Below, piece by piece: positions 1 through 9,472 of a stretch of DNA of 64,000 bases. The stretch's first letter is position 1. Each line of letters begins with the position of its first letter. The translations under genes were made by a program, and so were the position numbers. The notes under the pieces are model-generated. The model did no database searches. It saw only the letters and a program-made list of their open reading frames with translations, and had not been told where the DNA came from. The stretch comes from a virus: positions 321 to 64,320 of the IMG/VR virus record IMGVR_UViG_3300015615_001152; one strand, written 5' to 3'.

Positions 1-106
1 CCGGCGCCACGACGGGCGCCTCGGTCGCGCTGGCCGGCGCCGTCAGGGCGCATGCCACGAGCGCGGCGGCAATGAGCGTGGCGGCGAATGATGCGGATCG
101 GTTCAT
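1..106 (-). CDS. Exported protein, N-terminus only (runs off the left edge)
   Basis: Manual translation from ATG at 106: MNRSASFAATLIAAALVACALTAPASATEAPVVAP, a signal peptide with an ASA cleavage site. Confidence 0.6.
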   Translation of the reverse strand, partial: MNRSASFAATLIAAALVACALTAPASATEAPVVAP

Positions 107-180
107 GGGTCGCGTGATCCTGCGTTCTGATGAATTGGAATGTAGCCATTCAACGTCGCGCACTGGACGGCGGTGGACGC

Positions 181-1062
181 CTAGCGCGCCGTGACCAGTG
201 TGCCGGCCTCGACTTCGGCCGGCGTGCGCGGGTAGTGCCGCTTGAGCTTCGGCACCCACGGAAACAGCAGCATCAGCGCGCGGCCAGGCGTCTGCAGCAA
301 CGTGGGCGGTGGCAGCGTGTAGACGGTCGACTTCGGCTCCGCCTTGACGAATGCCTGCATCGCCGTGATCCATGGCGCGGCGTGCTCGAGACGCAGCTGC
401 ATGCCCTGCCCCATCACCGAATTCTTGTCCTGGTCGGCGATGCCGTAGCAGGCCGAGGCGTTGGTGTTGCTGGTGGCCGGGCAGTGCGCCTTGCCGATGT
501 CGACGTGACCGAGGCCCAGCAGGTGGCCGACCTCGTGCACGTGGGCGCGCTGCATGATCGCGTTGCCGGCGCTGTCGGTCCCCTTCTGGACGGAGTTGGT
601 GTCGAGGCTGTCGTACAGCGTCGAATGCGAACCGAACCAGGTCTCGGTGCTGTCGAGGCGCACCACGTCGATCACGTGGTGATGGGTGCCGCTGGTGGAA
701 TCGCTGCCGACCAGGTCGAAGCGGCACCAGACATTGGGCAACCAGATCTGGCTGCCGACCTTGTAGCCGTACAGCCCGAGCTGGTTGACCAGCCAGAACT
801 TGCCGTGCCAGAAGCGCTCCGCCGAACGCACGAAGTTCTGCTTCCACAAGCTCCATTCGCCTGGCGTCCATTTGACGATCTTGCGCGGCGTACCGGTCGC
901 CGAGCCGTAGTCGTTGTACATGCCGCTGGCGGCACCGCCCGCCGGGTTGATCTGGCGAAAGCCAAGCTTCAGCTTGAGCGTCAGCTCGGCGTTGTTGCGG
1001 CTGTCACAGCAGTCGGTGTTGAGCGTGGCATCGAATTTGGCGAGATTGAGAGTCTTTTTCAC
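181..1062 (-). CDS. Metzincin-like zinc metalloprotease, no signal peptide
   Basis: HEVGHLLGLGH (HExxHxxGxxH) followed by a Met-turn-like SVMG. Confidence 0.75.
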   Translation of the reverse strand: MKKTLNLAKFDATLNTDCCDSRNNAELTLKLKLGFRQINPAGGAASGMYNDYGSATGTPRKIVKWTPGEWSLWKQNFVRSAERFWHGKFWLVNQLGLYGYKVGSQIWLPNVWCRFDLVGSDSTSGTHHHVIDVVRLDSTETWFGSHSTLYDSLDTNSVQKGTDSAGNAIMQRAHVHEVGHLLGLGHVDIGKAHCPATSNTNASACYGIADQDKNSVMGQGMQLRLEHAAPWITAMQAFVKAEPKSTVYTLPPPTLLQTPGRALMLLFPWVPKLKRHYPRTPAEVEAGTLVTAR

Positions 1063-1477
1063 GGTGTCTGTCGGTGATGCTGCCGGGGTGAAGCACGCGG
1101 CGACGAACGCGCGTGCCGCGAGACGCGGGGGCGCGGCTCGCTGCGAGCGTTGCTGATGCGAAGGCTGGTCAATAGGACAGACGCATTGGTGGCCAAGGCA
1201 ACGACATTGGCATTTTTCGTGCGAATCTTAGACCGCTAATTTCATCCCCAGCTCTTCATTAAGAAGCGCATCCGCATGCGGCCTAGGGCTCGAAAATAAA
1301 GGTTCTCGACCTTTGCCGAAATTGCGTCCTGAGCCCGCCGTGGATGCGGTTCTTGCAAAAAAGCTGTACCTGATCAGCCGGATTGCAGCGAGACGCAGTC
1401 CATCGCGCAATCAAGAACAAGTGGCGGTCCCGCCGGTAAGATGCGGGGCCTGTGTTGCGCCGCCAGTGAGCATCGTC

Positions 1478-1912
1478 ATGACCACTCCCTTACCCGAGAT
1501 CCTCGTCCGCGAGGGCGCAGCCGTTCTCGCAGCCGCGCTGGTACCGAATGGCTTCCGCTTTGTCGCCGGTGAAGCGGGAACCGGATCGGGCGGACCTTTC
1601 GCGAGCGGACGATTTGTCCGCGACGATCGCGCGATCGAGTTTCATGTGCGTTACCGCCTCGGCCTGGTCAGCTATCGCATGGGCGACGCCGAACTGTCTC
1701 ACGAGGCCTACATGCGGCGGGCCGGACACTGGGGCAGCAATCGATATCCGGACTTTGGCGCAGCAACCGCCGACAGCTTTGCGGCGCTTGCACACGATCT
1801 CAGCGCCTTCTGCGGCGACTTTGTGCACGGCGACGGCGTATTGTTTGCCAGTTTCGCTGCGGCACAAGCCGCCGCACCGGACGCGTTCAGGGGCTTTGCC
1901 GCGCTGCGCTAG
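1478..1912 (+). CDS. Hypothetical protein
   Basis: ORF 1313..1912; the protein-like part starts at ATG 1478 (MTTPLPEILVREG...GSGGPFASGRF). Confidence 0.6.
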   Translation: MTTPLPEILVREGAAVLAAALVPNGFRFVAGEAGTGSGGPFASGRFVRDDRAIEFHVRYRLGLVSYRMGDAELSHEAYMRRAGHWGSNRYPDFGAATADSFAALAHDLSAFCGDFVHGDGVLFASFAAAQAAAPDAFRGFAALR

Positions 1913-1946
1913 CGGCACAACGCGACCAACGATTCTGATCACGCAA

Positions 1947-1980
1947 TAAAAAGGGCCGGTCAGCATTCGCCAACCGGCCC
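1947..1980 (-). terminator. Rho-independent terminator after the large surface protein gene
   Basis: GGGCCGGT(1953-1960)/ACCGGCCC(1973-1980) stem with an A-run on its left (U-tract on the minus strand). Confidence 0.7.
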
Positions 1981-2101
1981 GAAGTGAACCGGAGTTCCGT
2001 CCGGGTCATCGAGACCCGGTGTTGGTGCGTGGCCAACCGCTCCGATTCGTTTCGTCAGCGCGCGCGGTCGTCGAGGTCATCGCGCGCGACTACGCTCGTT
2101 G

Positions 2102-5100
2102 TCACCTCCGGGTAAATGCTTCAGTTCGGTTAGCGTGGCGCAGGCGAAGCGCCGCGCAAAGCATCAGCGCAGCGGCCAGCAGCAGCAACAGCGCGTCGCG
2201 CAGCGTCGGCACCGGCAGGGCCTCGGCCGCCGCGACGGCAACGGCACCAGGACCGCCCTGATCGACGATCACGCCGTTGGCGGTCAGATCGTCGTCGCCG
2301 AGGCCGCCATCGGTGATCGTGAAGGTCGCCGTGGTCGACGTCATGACCAGATTGTTCGGCGCACCCGCCGCCAGGGCGTACCAGTGCGCCGCGACCGGAC
2401 CGGGTGTCGGGCCGTACTTCCAGTATTGCGAGCCAGCCGGAACCGCCTGCGGGTACGTCACCTGCACCGTCGCCGTCGCACCCGCGCCGCAACCGCCGAC
2501 TTTGAAGTCGAACAGGCCGTGCGGGAAGCTCACGCCGGCCGGTGCCACGAGCGGTGCCACCGCGATGAACTGGGCAGCCGTGAAGGTGCAGCCTGCGCCG
2601 GACACAGTCGCCGTCGCCGTGCCGGTCCCCGTCGCGGTCGAGCCGATGAAGGACACGACCGGCGTCACGGTGTGGGCCACACCCGCAGACGTGCTACCCA
2701 GATAGCCCGCCGTGCCGCTGAACACTGCGGTCAGCGTCTTGCTGCCTGCACTCGTCGGCGCCAGGTTGCACGAGGTCGCCGGCAGCGTGATCACGCAGCT
2801 CGCGCCCGTGCCGTCGCTGACGGTCACCGTGCCGGCCGGCGCGGGTGGGGTTACGGTCGCCGTGACGGCGATCAGCTGCATCGTGGTCGATGGATCCGGC
2901 GTGTGGGCCGTGATGACCGTCGTCGTCGCGCAGGTCGCGGTGGTAAAGGTCAGGTCGCCGCCGTTGATCGTGCCACCCACGCCGTTGTTCGCCTGGGCGC
3001 GGAAGTGATACGTCGTATTGCACGCCAGGCCGCTGAGCGTGGCGGAGATCGGGCTGTTGACTGCGCCGGCGGCGATCGGGTTCTCGACCGCGACGACCGG
3101 GCTGCCCGCGCCGCCGTAGCTCGCGGTGAGACCGTACTCGAACGCCGCCGTGGTGACGCCACCGTTCGCGGTCACCGTGCCGTGCAGGACTGCACCGGTC
3201 GCCGTGACAGCCGTTGCGGCCGCGCTGGTGACCGTCGGTGCACCCGCCGGGCAGGCGGCCGTCACGAACGTCATGTCGCTGCCGTTGACGGTTCCGCCGA
3301 CGCCGTTGTTGGCCGTCACGCGGTAGTGATAGGTCGTGCTGCAGACCAGGTTGATCAGGTTCGCCGAGACCGGGCTGTTCGTCGCGCCACTCGACAGCGG
3401 GCTCTGTGCCGCCGTCGCCGGGCTGCCCGCCGCGCCGTACGCGTTGGTGAGGCCATATTCGAAGGTGACCGTGGTCGGCGCGCCGTTCGCGGTGACCAGG
3501 CCGTTGACGGTCGCGGTCGTCGCCAGCAGCGCGGTCGCCGCGGTCGTCGTGGCCGTCGGAGCGACCGGCGCGCAGATCGCGGTGGTGAAGGTCATGTCGC
3601 TGCCGTTGACCGTGCCGCCCACGCCGTTGTTCGCCGTGACGCGGAAGTGATAGGTCGTGTTGCAGGTCAGACCGGCGAGACCGACCGACACGGCGACGCC
3701 GGTGGCGTTCGCTGCCAGCGGACTCTGCGTCGCCGCGACCGGGCTGCCCGCGCCGCCGTAGGCGTTGGTCAGGCCGTATTCGAAGCTGACGTTGGTCATC
3801 GTGCCGTTAGCGCTGACGGTGCCGTTGACCGTAGCCGTCGTAGTCGTGACCAGCGTCGCCGCGGCAGTCGCTGCAGTCGGCGCACAGGGCGCCGTCGTGA
3901 AGGTCTGGTCGGCGCCGTTTACGGTCGCGCCGACACCGTTGTTGGCGGTCACACGGAAGTGGTAGAGCGTGTTGCAGCTGAGGCTGGTCAGCGTCACCGA
4001 TACCGGCGCGTTGCTTGAGCCGCTCGACAGCGGGCTCTGGGTGGCGGCCACCGGGCTGCCGAGACCACCGTACGCCGTGGTGAGGCCGTACTCGAAGGTG
4101 ACCGTGGTCGCGGCGCCGTTCGCCGTGACCGTGCCGTTGAGCGTGGCGCCTGTCGCGTTGATCGCCGTGGCGGCCGTGGTCGTCGCGAGCGGCGCGCTCG
4201 GCGCACAGGGCGCCGTGGTGAACGTCATGTCGCTGCCGTTCACCGTGCCGCCCACGCCGTTGTTGGCCGTGACGCGATAGTGATAGAGCGTGTTGCAGGT
4301 GAGACCGGTGAGCGCGGCGGTGACCGGCGCATTCGAGGCACCGCTCGACAGCGGACTTTGAGGTGCGGTGACCGGGCTGCCGGCGCCGGTGTAGGCGACC
4401 GTCAGGCCGTACTGGAAGGTGACCGTCGTGGTGGCGCCATTAGCGCTGACCAGGCCGTTCAACGTGGCGGTCGTCGTGCCCAGGTTGTCGGCGGCGACGG
4501 TCGTCGCCGTCGGCGCGGCAGCGGCGCAGGCGGCCGTCGTAAAGGTGAGGTCGGCACCGTTTATCGTCGAGCCGACGCCGTTGTTGCCGTTGACGCGATA
4601 GTGATACGTCGTGTTGCAGGTGAGGCCCGCGAGCGCGGCCGACACGGCCGTGTTCACCGCGCTGGCGGCGACCGGGCTCGGCACGCCGGGCAGCGGGCTG
4701 CCCGCACCGCCGTACGCGTTGGTGAGGCCGTACTCGAAGGTGACCGTCGTCGACGCGCCGTTGGCGGTCACGAGGCCGTTGATCGTCGCCGTGCTGGTCG
4801 TGATGGCCGTGGCCGCAGTCGTCGTGACAGACGGCGGTGCCGTGGGGACGTTGATGACGTTGGAGAACTCGGACGTGTTGTTGACGTTGCACGACGACAG
4901 GATCACGCCCTGATTGCCGATGAAGCAGATCAGGTTGGACTTCCAGTCGCTGCCGCCGCCGGGCTGGTCAGTAAGCGGCGTGATGTCGCTGACCGTCATC
5001 ACCACGTAGCTGCCGCCGGTACCTGCGGCAATCGTCGCCGTGCAACGGCCCGCGACGCAGGACCCGCTGTTCGGCAGGCCGTTGGCGCCGGTCGTGAACA

Positions 5101-7123
5101 GCTGCTCGCCGAGGTAGCTCATGGTCGTCGCGGCGTTGTTGCTGGCGGCGTCAATGCGGAAGAACTCGGCGCGGAAGTTGGCCGGGCCGTGCGTCGCGAG
5201 CGTCCAGTCGAACGTCGTGTTGCCACCGGTCGAAGACGGCGCGGCGGAGCCGTTGCAGGCGCCGCTGTCGGCAGGACCCGTGCAGATGATCGGCGCGCTC
5301 TGGTCGAGGTTGGCGTAGTTGACCGGGAATTCGCTGTGCGGCGGGTCGGTCATGTTCTCGTTGTGATCGAGATCGATGCCGACGCCCGCGACCAGCTTCG
5401 AATTGCTGTAGATGCGATTGCGCTGCAGCAGGTTGCTCCAGCCGTTCGAGGTGCCGCCGTTGCGGATTTTCACGCCGTTGCGGCCGTTGCCGGCGATGAC
5501 GTTGAAGTCGGTCGCACCCGCGCCGCCGATGGTAGTGCTGCTCGCGGCATTGATGTGGATACCGTCGACGCCGTTGCCGATGTTCAGATTGCCGGCCAGC
5601 GACGGATGGACGCCGATCGAATTGCCGACGATGCTGTTGGACGTTGTCGAGCTGACCTTGACCACGATGCCGTGGCGCGCATTGCCGGCGACCGTGTTGC
5701 CCTGCCCTGCGGCGCTGCCGCCGATGCTGTTGCCGGTGGTGGTCACGATGATGCCGTCGCCCGCGTTGCCGTAGGCCTTCGATGCGATGGGCGTGCCCGG
5801 CGGGAACTCGCCCATGCCGACCGTGTTGCCCCACACCTTGACGGCCGTGCTGCCGCCCGTGATCACGATGCCCGCGCTGTCGGCGCTCAGCTGGTCCGGA
5901 AAGGCGTTGTTGTTGGCGCCCTTGTTGTCGGCGATCAGGTTGGCCGGGCCGATCACGAGGCCGATCATGCTCGGGTTGAACTTGGTCGGGTCGGTGCTCG
6001 GCTTGGTGTCGACCACGATGCCGCTGAGGCCGTTGCCGATGTGGGTGCCAGCGTTGGTCGACGACAGGCCGATGCGGTTGCCCATCACGAAGTTGGGCAG
6101 GAACACGGCGCCCGCCTCGACGCGCACGCCGTCGCCAGTGTTGCCGCTGATGACGTTGTTGGGGCCAATCAGGTTGCCGAAGGTCGAACCGGTCATGAAC
6201 ACGCCGGAGCCGCCGTTCGGGGCGGCGATGTTGCCGGTAACGTCGGTGCCGATCATGTTTCCGGATGCGATGACGCCCGCGAGGTTTTGGCTGAAGATGA
6301 AGATGCCGTGCTGCGCGTTACCCGAAATCACGTTGCCGCTGATGATCACCGGCGCAAAGTTCGCCATCGCCGTGGCCAGGTTGCTCTGGAACGCATTGAT
6401 CTGCGAGGCGTCGACCGGCTGCACCGGGAAGCCGGCGTAGGTGCTCGACAGGAAGCCGGTGCTGGTGTCAGGATAGACCTGCGACGCCGACACCGAGATG
6501 CCATGACCGTTGTTGGGCATCAACAGCACGCCAAGCGCATCGACGCCGATGCGGTTGTTGCTGAAGGTGTAGTCGTGACCATTGGCGCTGATGCCATCGC
6601 CGCTGCAGTTGCCGATGGCCATGTTCAGGATCTTCGATCCGGTCGCACCCTTGCCATGATTCAGCCCTGCCGAGCCGGAATCGGTCAGGCTGATGCAACC
6701 CTGCTTGCTACCCGCTCCGGAATTGTTGCCGCTGATGGTGGTGACGCCCGGCGTGCCGGTGATGGTGACCGGAGCCGCGATGGTCGGCAGCGAGCCGTTG
6801 ATCACGTTGATGGTCGCCACCGAGAAGGTGATCGTGTGCGGCGTCGGCACGCCGCCAACCAGTGAGTTGGCCAGCGCGTTGGCCTCCATGATCGCAGCGC
6901 GCAGGCTGCAAACGTTGTTGATGTCGGCGCAGACGCCGTCGCCGGGCATCTTGTCCGCCAGATCGGTATTGCCGACATTGACAGTAAATGCGGTGGACGC
7001 GGCACCGGCCGGGGCAGCAGCAGCGAAGCCGAAGGCCAGGAGCAGCGCGGCGGTCAGGCGTCTGGCCGCATGGCCAGGCTGTGACAGCGAGTGCGCGGAG
7101 GACGCGAGGAGGCGGATCATCAT
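2102..7123 (-). CDS. Large surface protein: CSLREA-type N-terminus, beta-helix repeats, six FN3-like repeats, Ig-like domain, choice-of-anchor-U-like domain, IPTL-CTERM anchor
   Basis: Signal peptide from MMIRLL (AGGGA upstream of 7123); CSLRAAIMEAN; many N.I.GN..G.G.I repeats; YWKYGPTP...TDGGLGDDD; C-terminal VPTL + hydrophobic helix + basic tail. Confidence 0.85.
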   Translation of the reverse strand: MMIRLLASSAHSLSQPGHAARRLTAALLLAFGFAAAAPAGAASTAFTVNVGNTDLADKMPGDGVCADINNVCSLRAAIMEANALANSLVGGVPTPHTITFSVATINVINGSLPTIAAPVTITGTPGVTTISGNNSGAGSKQGCISLTDSGSAGLNHGKGATGSKILNMAIGNCSGDGISANGHDYTFSNNRIGVDALGVLLMPNNGHGISVSASQVYPDTSTGFLSSTYAGFPVQPVDASQINAFQSNLATAMANFAPVIISGNVISGNAQHGIFIFSQNLAGVIASGNMIGTDVTGNIAAPNGGSGVFMTGSTFGNLIGPNNVISGNTGDGVRVEAGAVFLPNFVMGNRIGLSSTNAGTHIGNGLSGIVVDTKPSTDPTKFNPSMIGLVIGPANLIADNKGANNNAFPDQLSADSAGIVITGGSTAVKVWGNTVGMGEFPPGTPIASKAYGNAGDGIIVTTTGNSIGGSAAGQGNTVAGNARHGIVVKVSSTTSNSIVGNSIGVHPSLAGNLNIGNGVDGIHINAASSTTIGGAGATDFNVIAGNGRNGVKIRNGGTSNGWSNLLQRNRIYSNSKLVAGVGIDLDHNENMTDPPHSEFPVNYANLDQSAPIICTGPADSGACNGSAAPSSTGGNTTFDWTLATHGPANFRAEFFRIDAASNNAATTMSYLGEQLFTTGANGLPNSGSCVAGRCTATIAAGTGGSYVVMTVSDITPLTDQPGGGSDWKSNLICFIGNQGVILSSCNVNNTSEFSNVINVPTAPPSVTTTAATAITTSTATINGLVTANGASTTVTFEYGLTNAYGGAGSPLPGVPSPVAASAVNTAVSAALAGLTCNTTYHYRVNGNNGVGSTINGADLTFTTAACAAAAPTATTVAADNLGTTTATLNGLVSANGATTTVTFQYGLTVAYTGAGSPVTAPQSPLSSGASNAPVTAALTGLTCNTLYHYRVTANNGVGGTVNGSDMTFTTAPCAPSAPLATTTAATAINATGATLNGTVTANGAATTVTFEYGLTTAYGGLGSPVAATQSPLSSGSSNAPVSVTLTSLSCNTLYHFRVTANNGVGATVNGADQTFTTAPCAPTAATAAATLVTTTTATVNGTVSANGTMTNVSFEYGLTNAYGGAGSPVAATQSPLAANATGVAVSVGLAGLTCNTTYHFRVTANNGVGGTVNGSDMTFTTAICAPVAPTATTTAATALLATTATVNGLVTANGAPTTVTFEYGLTNAYGAAGSPATAAQSPLSSGATNSPVSANLINLVCSTTYHYRVTANNGVGGTVNGSDMTFVTAACPAGAPTVTSAAATAVTATGAVLHGTVTANGGVTTAAFEYGLTASYGGAGSPVVAVENPIAAGAVNSPISATLSGLACNTTYHFRAQANNGVGGTINGGDLTFTTATCATTTVITAHTPDPSTTMQLIAVTATVTPPAPAGTVTVSDGTGASCVITLPATSCNLAPTSAGSKTLTAVFSGTAGYLGSTSAGVAHTVTPVVSFIGSTATGTGTATATVSGAGCTFTAAQFIAVAPLVAPAGVSFPHGLFDFKVGGCGAGATATVQVTYPQAVPAGSQYWKYGPTPGPVAAHWYALAAGAPNNLVMTSTTATFTITDGGLGDDDLTANGVIVDQGGPGAVAVAAAEALPVPTLRDALLLLLAAALMLCAALRLRHANRTEAFTRR
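2930..4840 (-). repeat. Six tandem ~100-aa FN3-like coding repeats
   Basis: Recurring P.ATT.AAT...ATLNG.V.ANG..T.V.FEYGLT.AYGG.GSP...L.CNT.YH.RV.ANNGVG.T.NG.D.TFTT..C; boundaries approximate. Confidence 0.85.
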
Positions 7124-7317
7124 GGTTTCCCTGTAAGTTTCAGTCCCGGCGATCGGACGCGGGTGCCACGGCAGGCAACGGCGGTCGACGCAGGCCGGGC
7201 ATGGCACCGGCCGAACACAGGGATGTTGACTTTGCGGGACTTACAGCTGGATTACAGACCGTCGAAACGAACAGCCTGGAGATCGCCTCGCGACCACAAG
7301 GGGGGCGCGCGGCAGCG

Positions 7318-9261
7318 CTAGCCGGCTTCGAGCAGCTCGGCGTGCTGGCGCAGCGCCGTCCACACCGAATCGGGCCCGGCCGCGGTCGCAACCGCCGCCG
7401 TCAGCATGCGGGTGGCACCGATGCCGCGCTCGTGCGCGAAGGTCAGCAGCTGTTCGGCGACGTCGAGATGCCCAGCCGCCAGCGCCGCGCGCAGCAGCGC
7501 CTTGACCGCTGTGGTCACCCGGCCCCGATAGTGCGTCGCGCGCGCCTGCGCCCAGTCGTCGTCGACGCCGAACAGACAGTCGCCACGATAGAGATCAAAC
7601 AGTCGGGTGCTGCTGGTCGCCAGCGCCTTGCGGTCGCTGGCATCACCGGGCAAGGCATCGAGATGCGCCTCGAGCGCCATCACGTCGGTCCACACGCGCT
7701 GCGGATTGAGATGCAGCCAGCTGCCACGCCGCTCGACGAGATCGGCCTCAGTGTGCATGCGGCGCAGCCGCAGCAGGGTAACGCTCAGCGCGTTCTCGGC
7801 CTGATCGCCGTCCTGGCCGGGCCACAGCGCGTCGGCCGCCAGCGCCACCGGCACCCCCTGCCCACCATGCGCGGCCACCAGCATCAGCAGGTTCATGGGC
7901 TTGTTGGACGCCTTGCTGGCACCACGCCCCTCGGCCGCGAGGCCATCACTGCGAAAGCCACCGAAGCAGCGCAGGCTCATCGCCCACGGCCAGTGTTCGT
8001 CCGCCCACACCGGCGGTGGCACCGGGAACGCCTGCAACGCGGTGCGTACGAACTCGGCCTCGATGCCCTCGCGCAGTGCGAGCGCACAGACGGCAGCGCG
8101 CGCCGGAGGCGTTGCGATAAAGAAATTGACAGCGGGTAGCGCGCGCACCGTCGCCAGCCCGACACGCAGGTACTCACGCAGCGCGTCACGCGAAGCGGCG
8201 TCGTGCGGCTGCGCCAGCAGCGCACGCGACAGCGCGGCATAACCGCGATAGGTCACCGCGTGCGCGGTATGGGCGTACTCAACCAGCTGTTCATAGATCT
8301 CGGCAGCCATACGGTAGTCGCCGCGCGCCAGATAGACGCGGGTTTCGGCGATGCGATAGACCGACGCCACACTGGGCGGGCAGTCGGCAGCTTCAAGATC
8401 GCGCAGGTTGTGGGTGACGTGCAGCAGCGCACGATCGGGATCGTCGCGTGTGTTGGCCACGGTCGACGCCAGCATGTTGTAGATCACGCGCTCCATCGGG
8501 CGCCGCACGTGCATCACGTCGAGCATCTGGCGCAGCGCGGCGTCGGCCCGCTCGACGTCGCGCTCGTACAGCGCCTGCTCGGTCGCCAGCCGCGCACGCC
8601 GGAAGCGCAGGTAGGGGGACGGGCACGCCGCAAGATGCGCGTCGAGCTCGGCGAGCGCCGGCGCGATACGCGAGCGGTCGGTAAAGTGCAGGTGCAGCGC
8701 CCACGCCCCCAACCACGCGCCGCGCAAGTACTGCAGTCCGGGGGTCGCTCGCCGGACATCGCCTGCCGCGGCCTCCATGCGCGCATGCAAGGCCTGCGCG
8801 GCAGCCGGATCCTTTGACATCTGCAGCCACGGCAACAGTACGCCAGCGGCCAGCGATAGCTGGACGCCGTTGTCAGCGCCATCGAGCAAGGCTTCAAGAC
8901 GCCGGCCAAAGGGCGCCAGCGTCTCGTTGGTGTCGCCGCGCAGCAGGCAGCGCGCAACGGCACCGGTCGCCTGAACGAGCGCGAGTCCACCTGAATCACG
9001 CGCGGCACCCACGCGAGTGTCGCTGTCGTCGAAGCGGCGAATCCAGTCGCGCCAGCCGCTGAAGCGGCTCCAGTCGACGACCATGAACGCCATCGCCTGC
9101 GCCGACAGCGCCATGCACTGTTCGTAGTCCTGCAATGCATGCGCCTCGTCAGCCGCGATAGCAAGACGGTCGAGAACGTCGGGCGGATCGCCGCAGACGA
9201 TGTTCTGTGCGACTTGCTGCCAGGGCACGTTGGGCAGCCGGGAAACCGTAGAGACAGACAT
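7318..9261 (-). CDS. Transcriptional regulator: helical/TPR-like N-terminus, C-terminal SARP-type winged helix and BTAD-like region
   Basis: LRCFGGF...LLMLVAAHGGQGV...LADALWP...LSVTLLRLRR...VWTDV...LYRGDCL, typical of OmpR-like DBD + BTAD; start 9261 or 9273. Confidence 0.75.
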   Translation of the reverse strand: MSVSTVSRLPNVPWQQVAQNIVCGDPPDVLDRLAIAADEAHALQDYEQCMALSAQAMAFMVVDWSRFSGWRDWIRRFDDSDTRVGAARDSGGLALVQATGAVARCLLRGDTNETLAPFGRRLEALLDGADNGVQLSLAAGVLLPWLQMSKDPAAAQALHARMEAAAGDVRRATPGLQYLRGAWLGAWALHLHFTDRSRIAPALAELDAHLAACPSPYLRFRRARLATEQALYERDVERADAALRQMLDVMHVRRPMERVIYNMLASTVANTRDDPDRALLHVTHNLRDLEAADCPPSVASVYRIAETRVYLARGDYRMAAEIYEQLVEYAHTAHAVTYRGYAALSRALLAQPHDAASRDALREYLRVGLATVRALPAVNFFIATPPARAAVCALALREGIEAEFVRTALQAFPVPPPVWADEHWPWAMSLRCFGGFRSDGLAAEGRGASKASNKPMNLLMLVAAHGGQGVPVALAADALWPGQDGDQAENALSVTLLRLRRMHTEADLVERRGSWLHLNPQRVWTDVMALEAHLDALPGDASDRKALATSSTRLFDLYRGDCLFGVDDDWAQARATHYRGRVTTAVKALLRAALAAGHLDVAEQLLTFAHERGIGATRMLTAAVATAAGPDSVWTALRQHAELLEAG

Positions 9262-9472
9262 GGAATCGATCAATGTTCACAGCCTTCGCTGCGCCAGGAC
9301 ACCGGACTCCGGCGAACTCATTACGGAGAGGCAGGCTATCACGCTTTGTAATCCAGTTGTATGTCTGTACGGCCTATCGTTCAGGGGCTCTACCCATTGG
9401 TGCACGCCTCGGCGGCCCACGGTCGCAGACGCAGTCCAACCCCGATGGCCCCGCGCGGCCTCACCCGAGCCC

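Noticed and set aside
2930..4840. CRISPR array or non-coding repeat
   Set aside because: Repeats are ~300 nt, in frame and degenerate at third positions; no spacers or cas genes.
2099..6865. Long plus-strand ORFs (639 aa, 861 aa) and similar ones elsewhere, e.g. 20108..22285 and 45124..47014
   Set aside because: Antisense shadows of real high-GC genes; Arg-rich and without motifs.
9357..9373. SOS-box-like TTGTATGTCTGTACGG (and CTGTATAAGCACATG near 14024)
   Set aside because: Both break the invariant CTG-N10-CAG.
9200..9472. Extended ORF-track starts (9200, 7207, 34274, 29906, 39783, 61740, 61777)
   Set aside because: They overlap neighbouring genes or regulatory DNA; downstream starts have better RBS, coupling or signal peptides.
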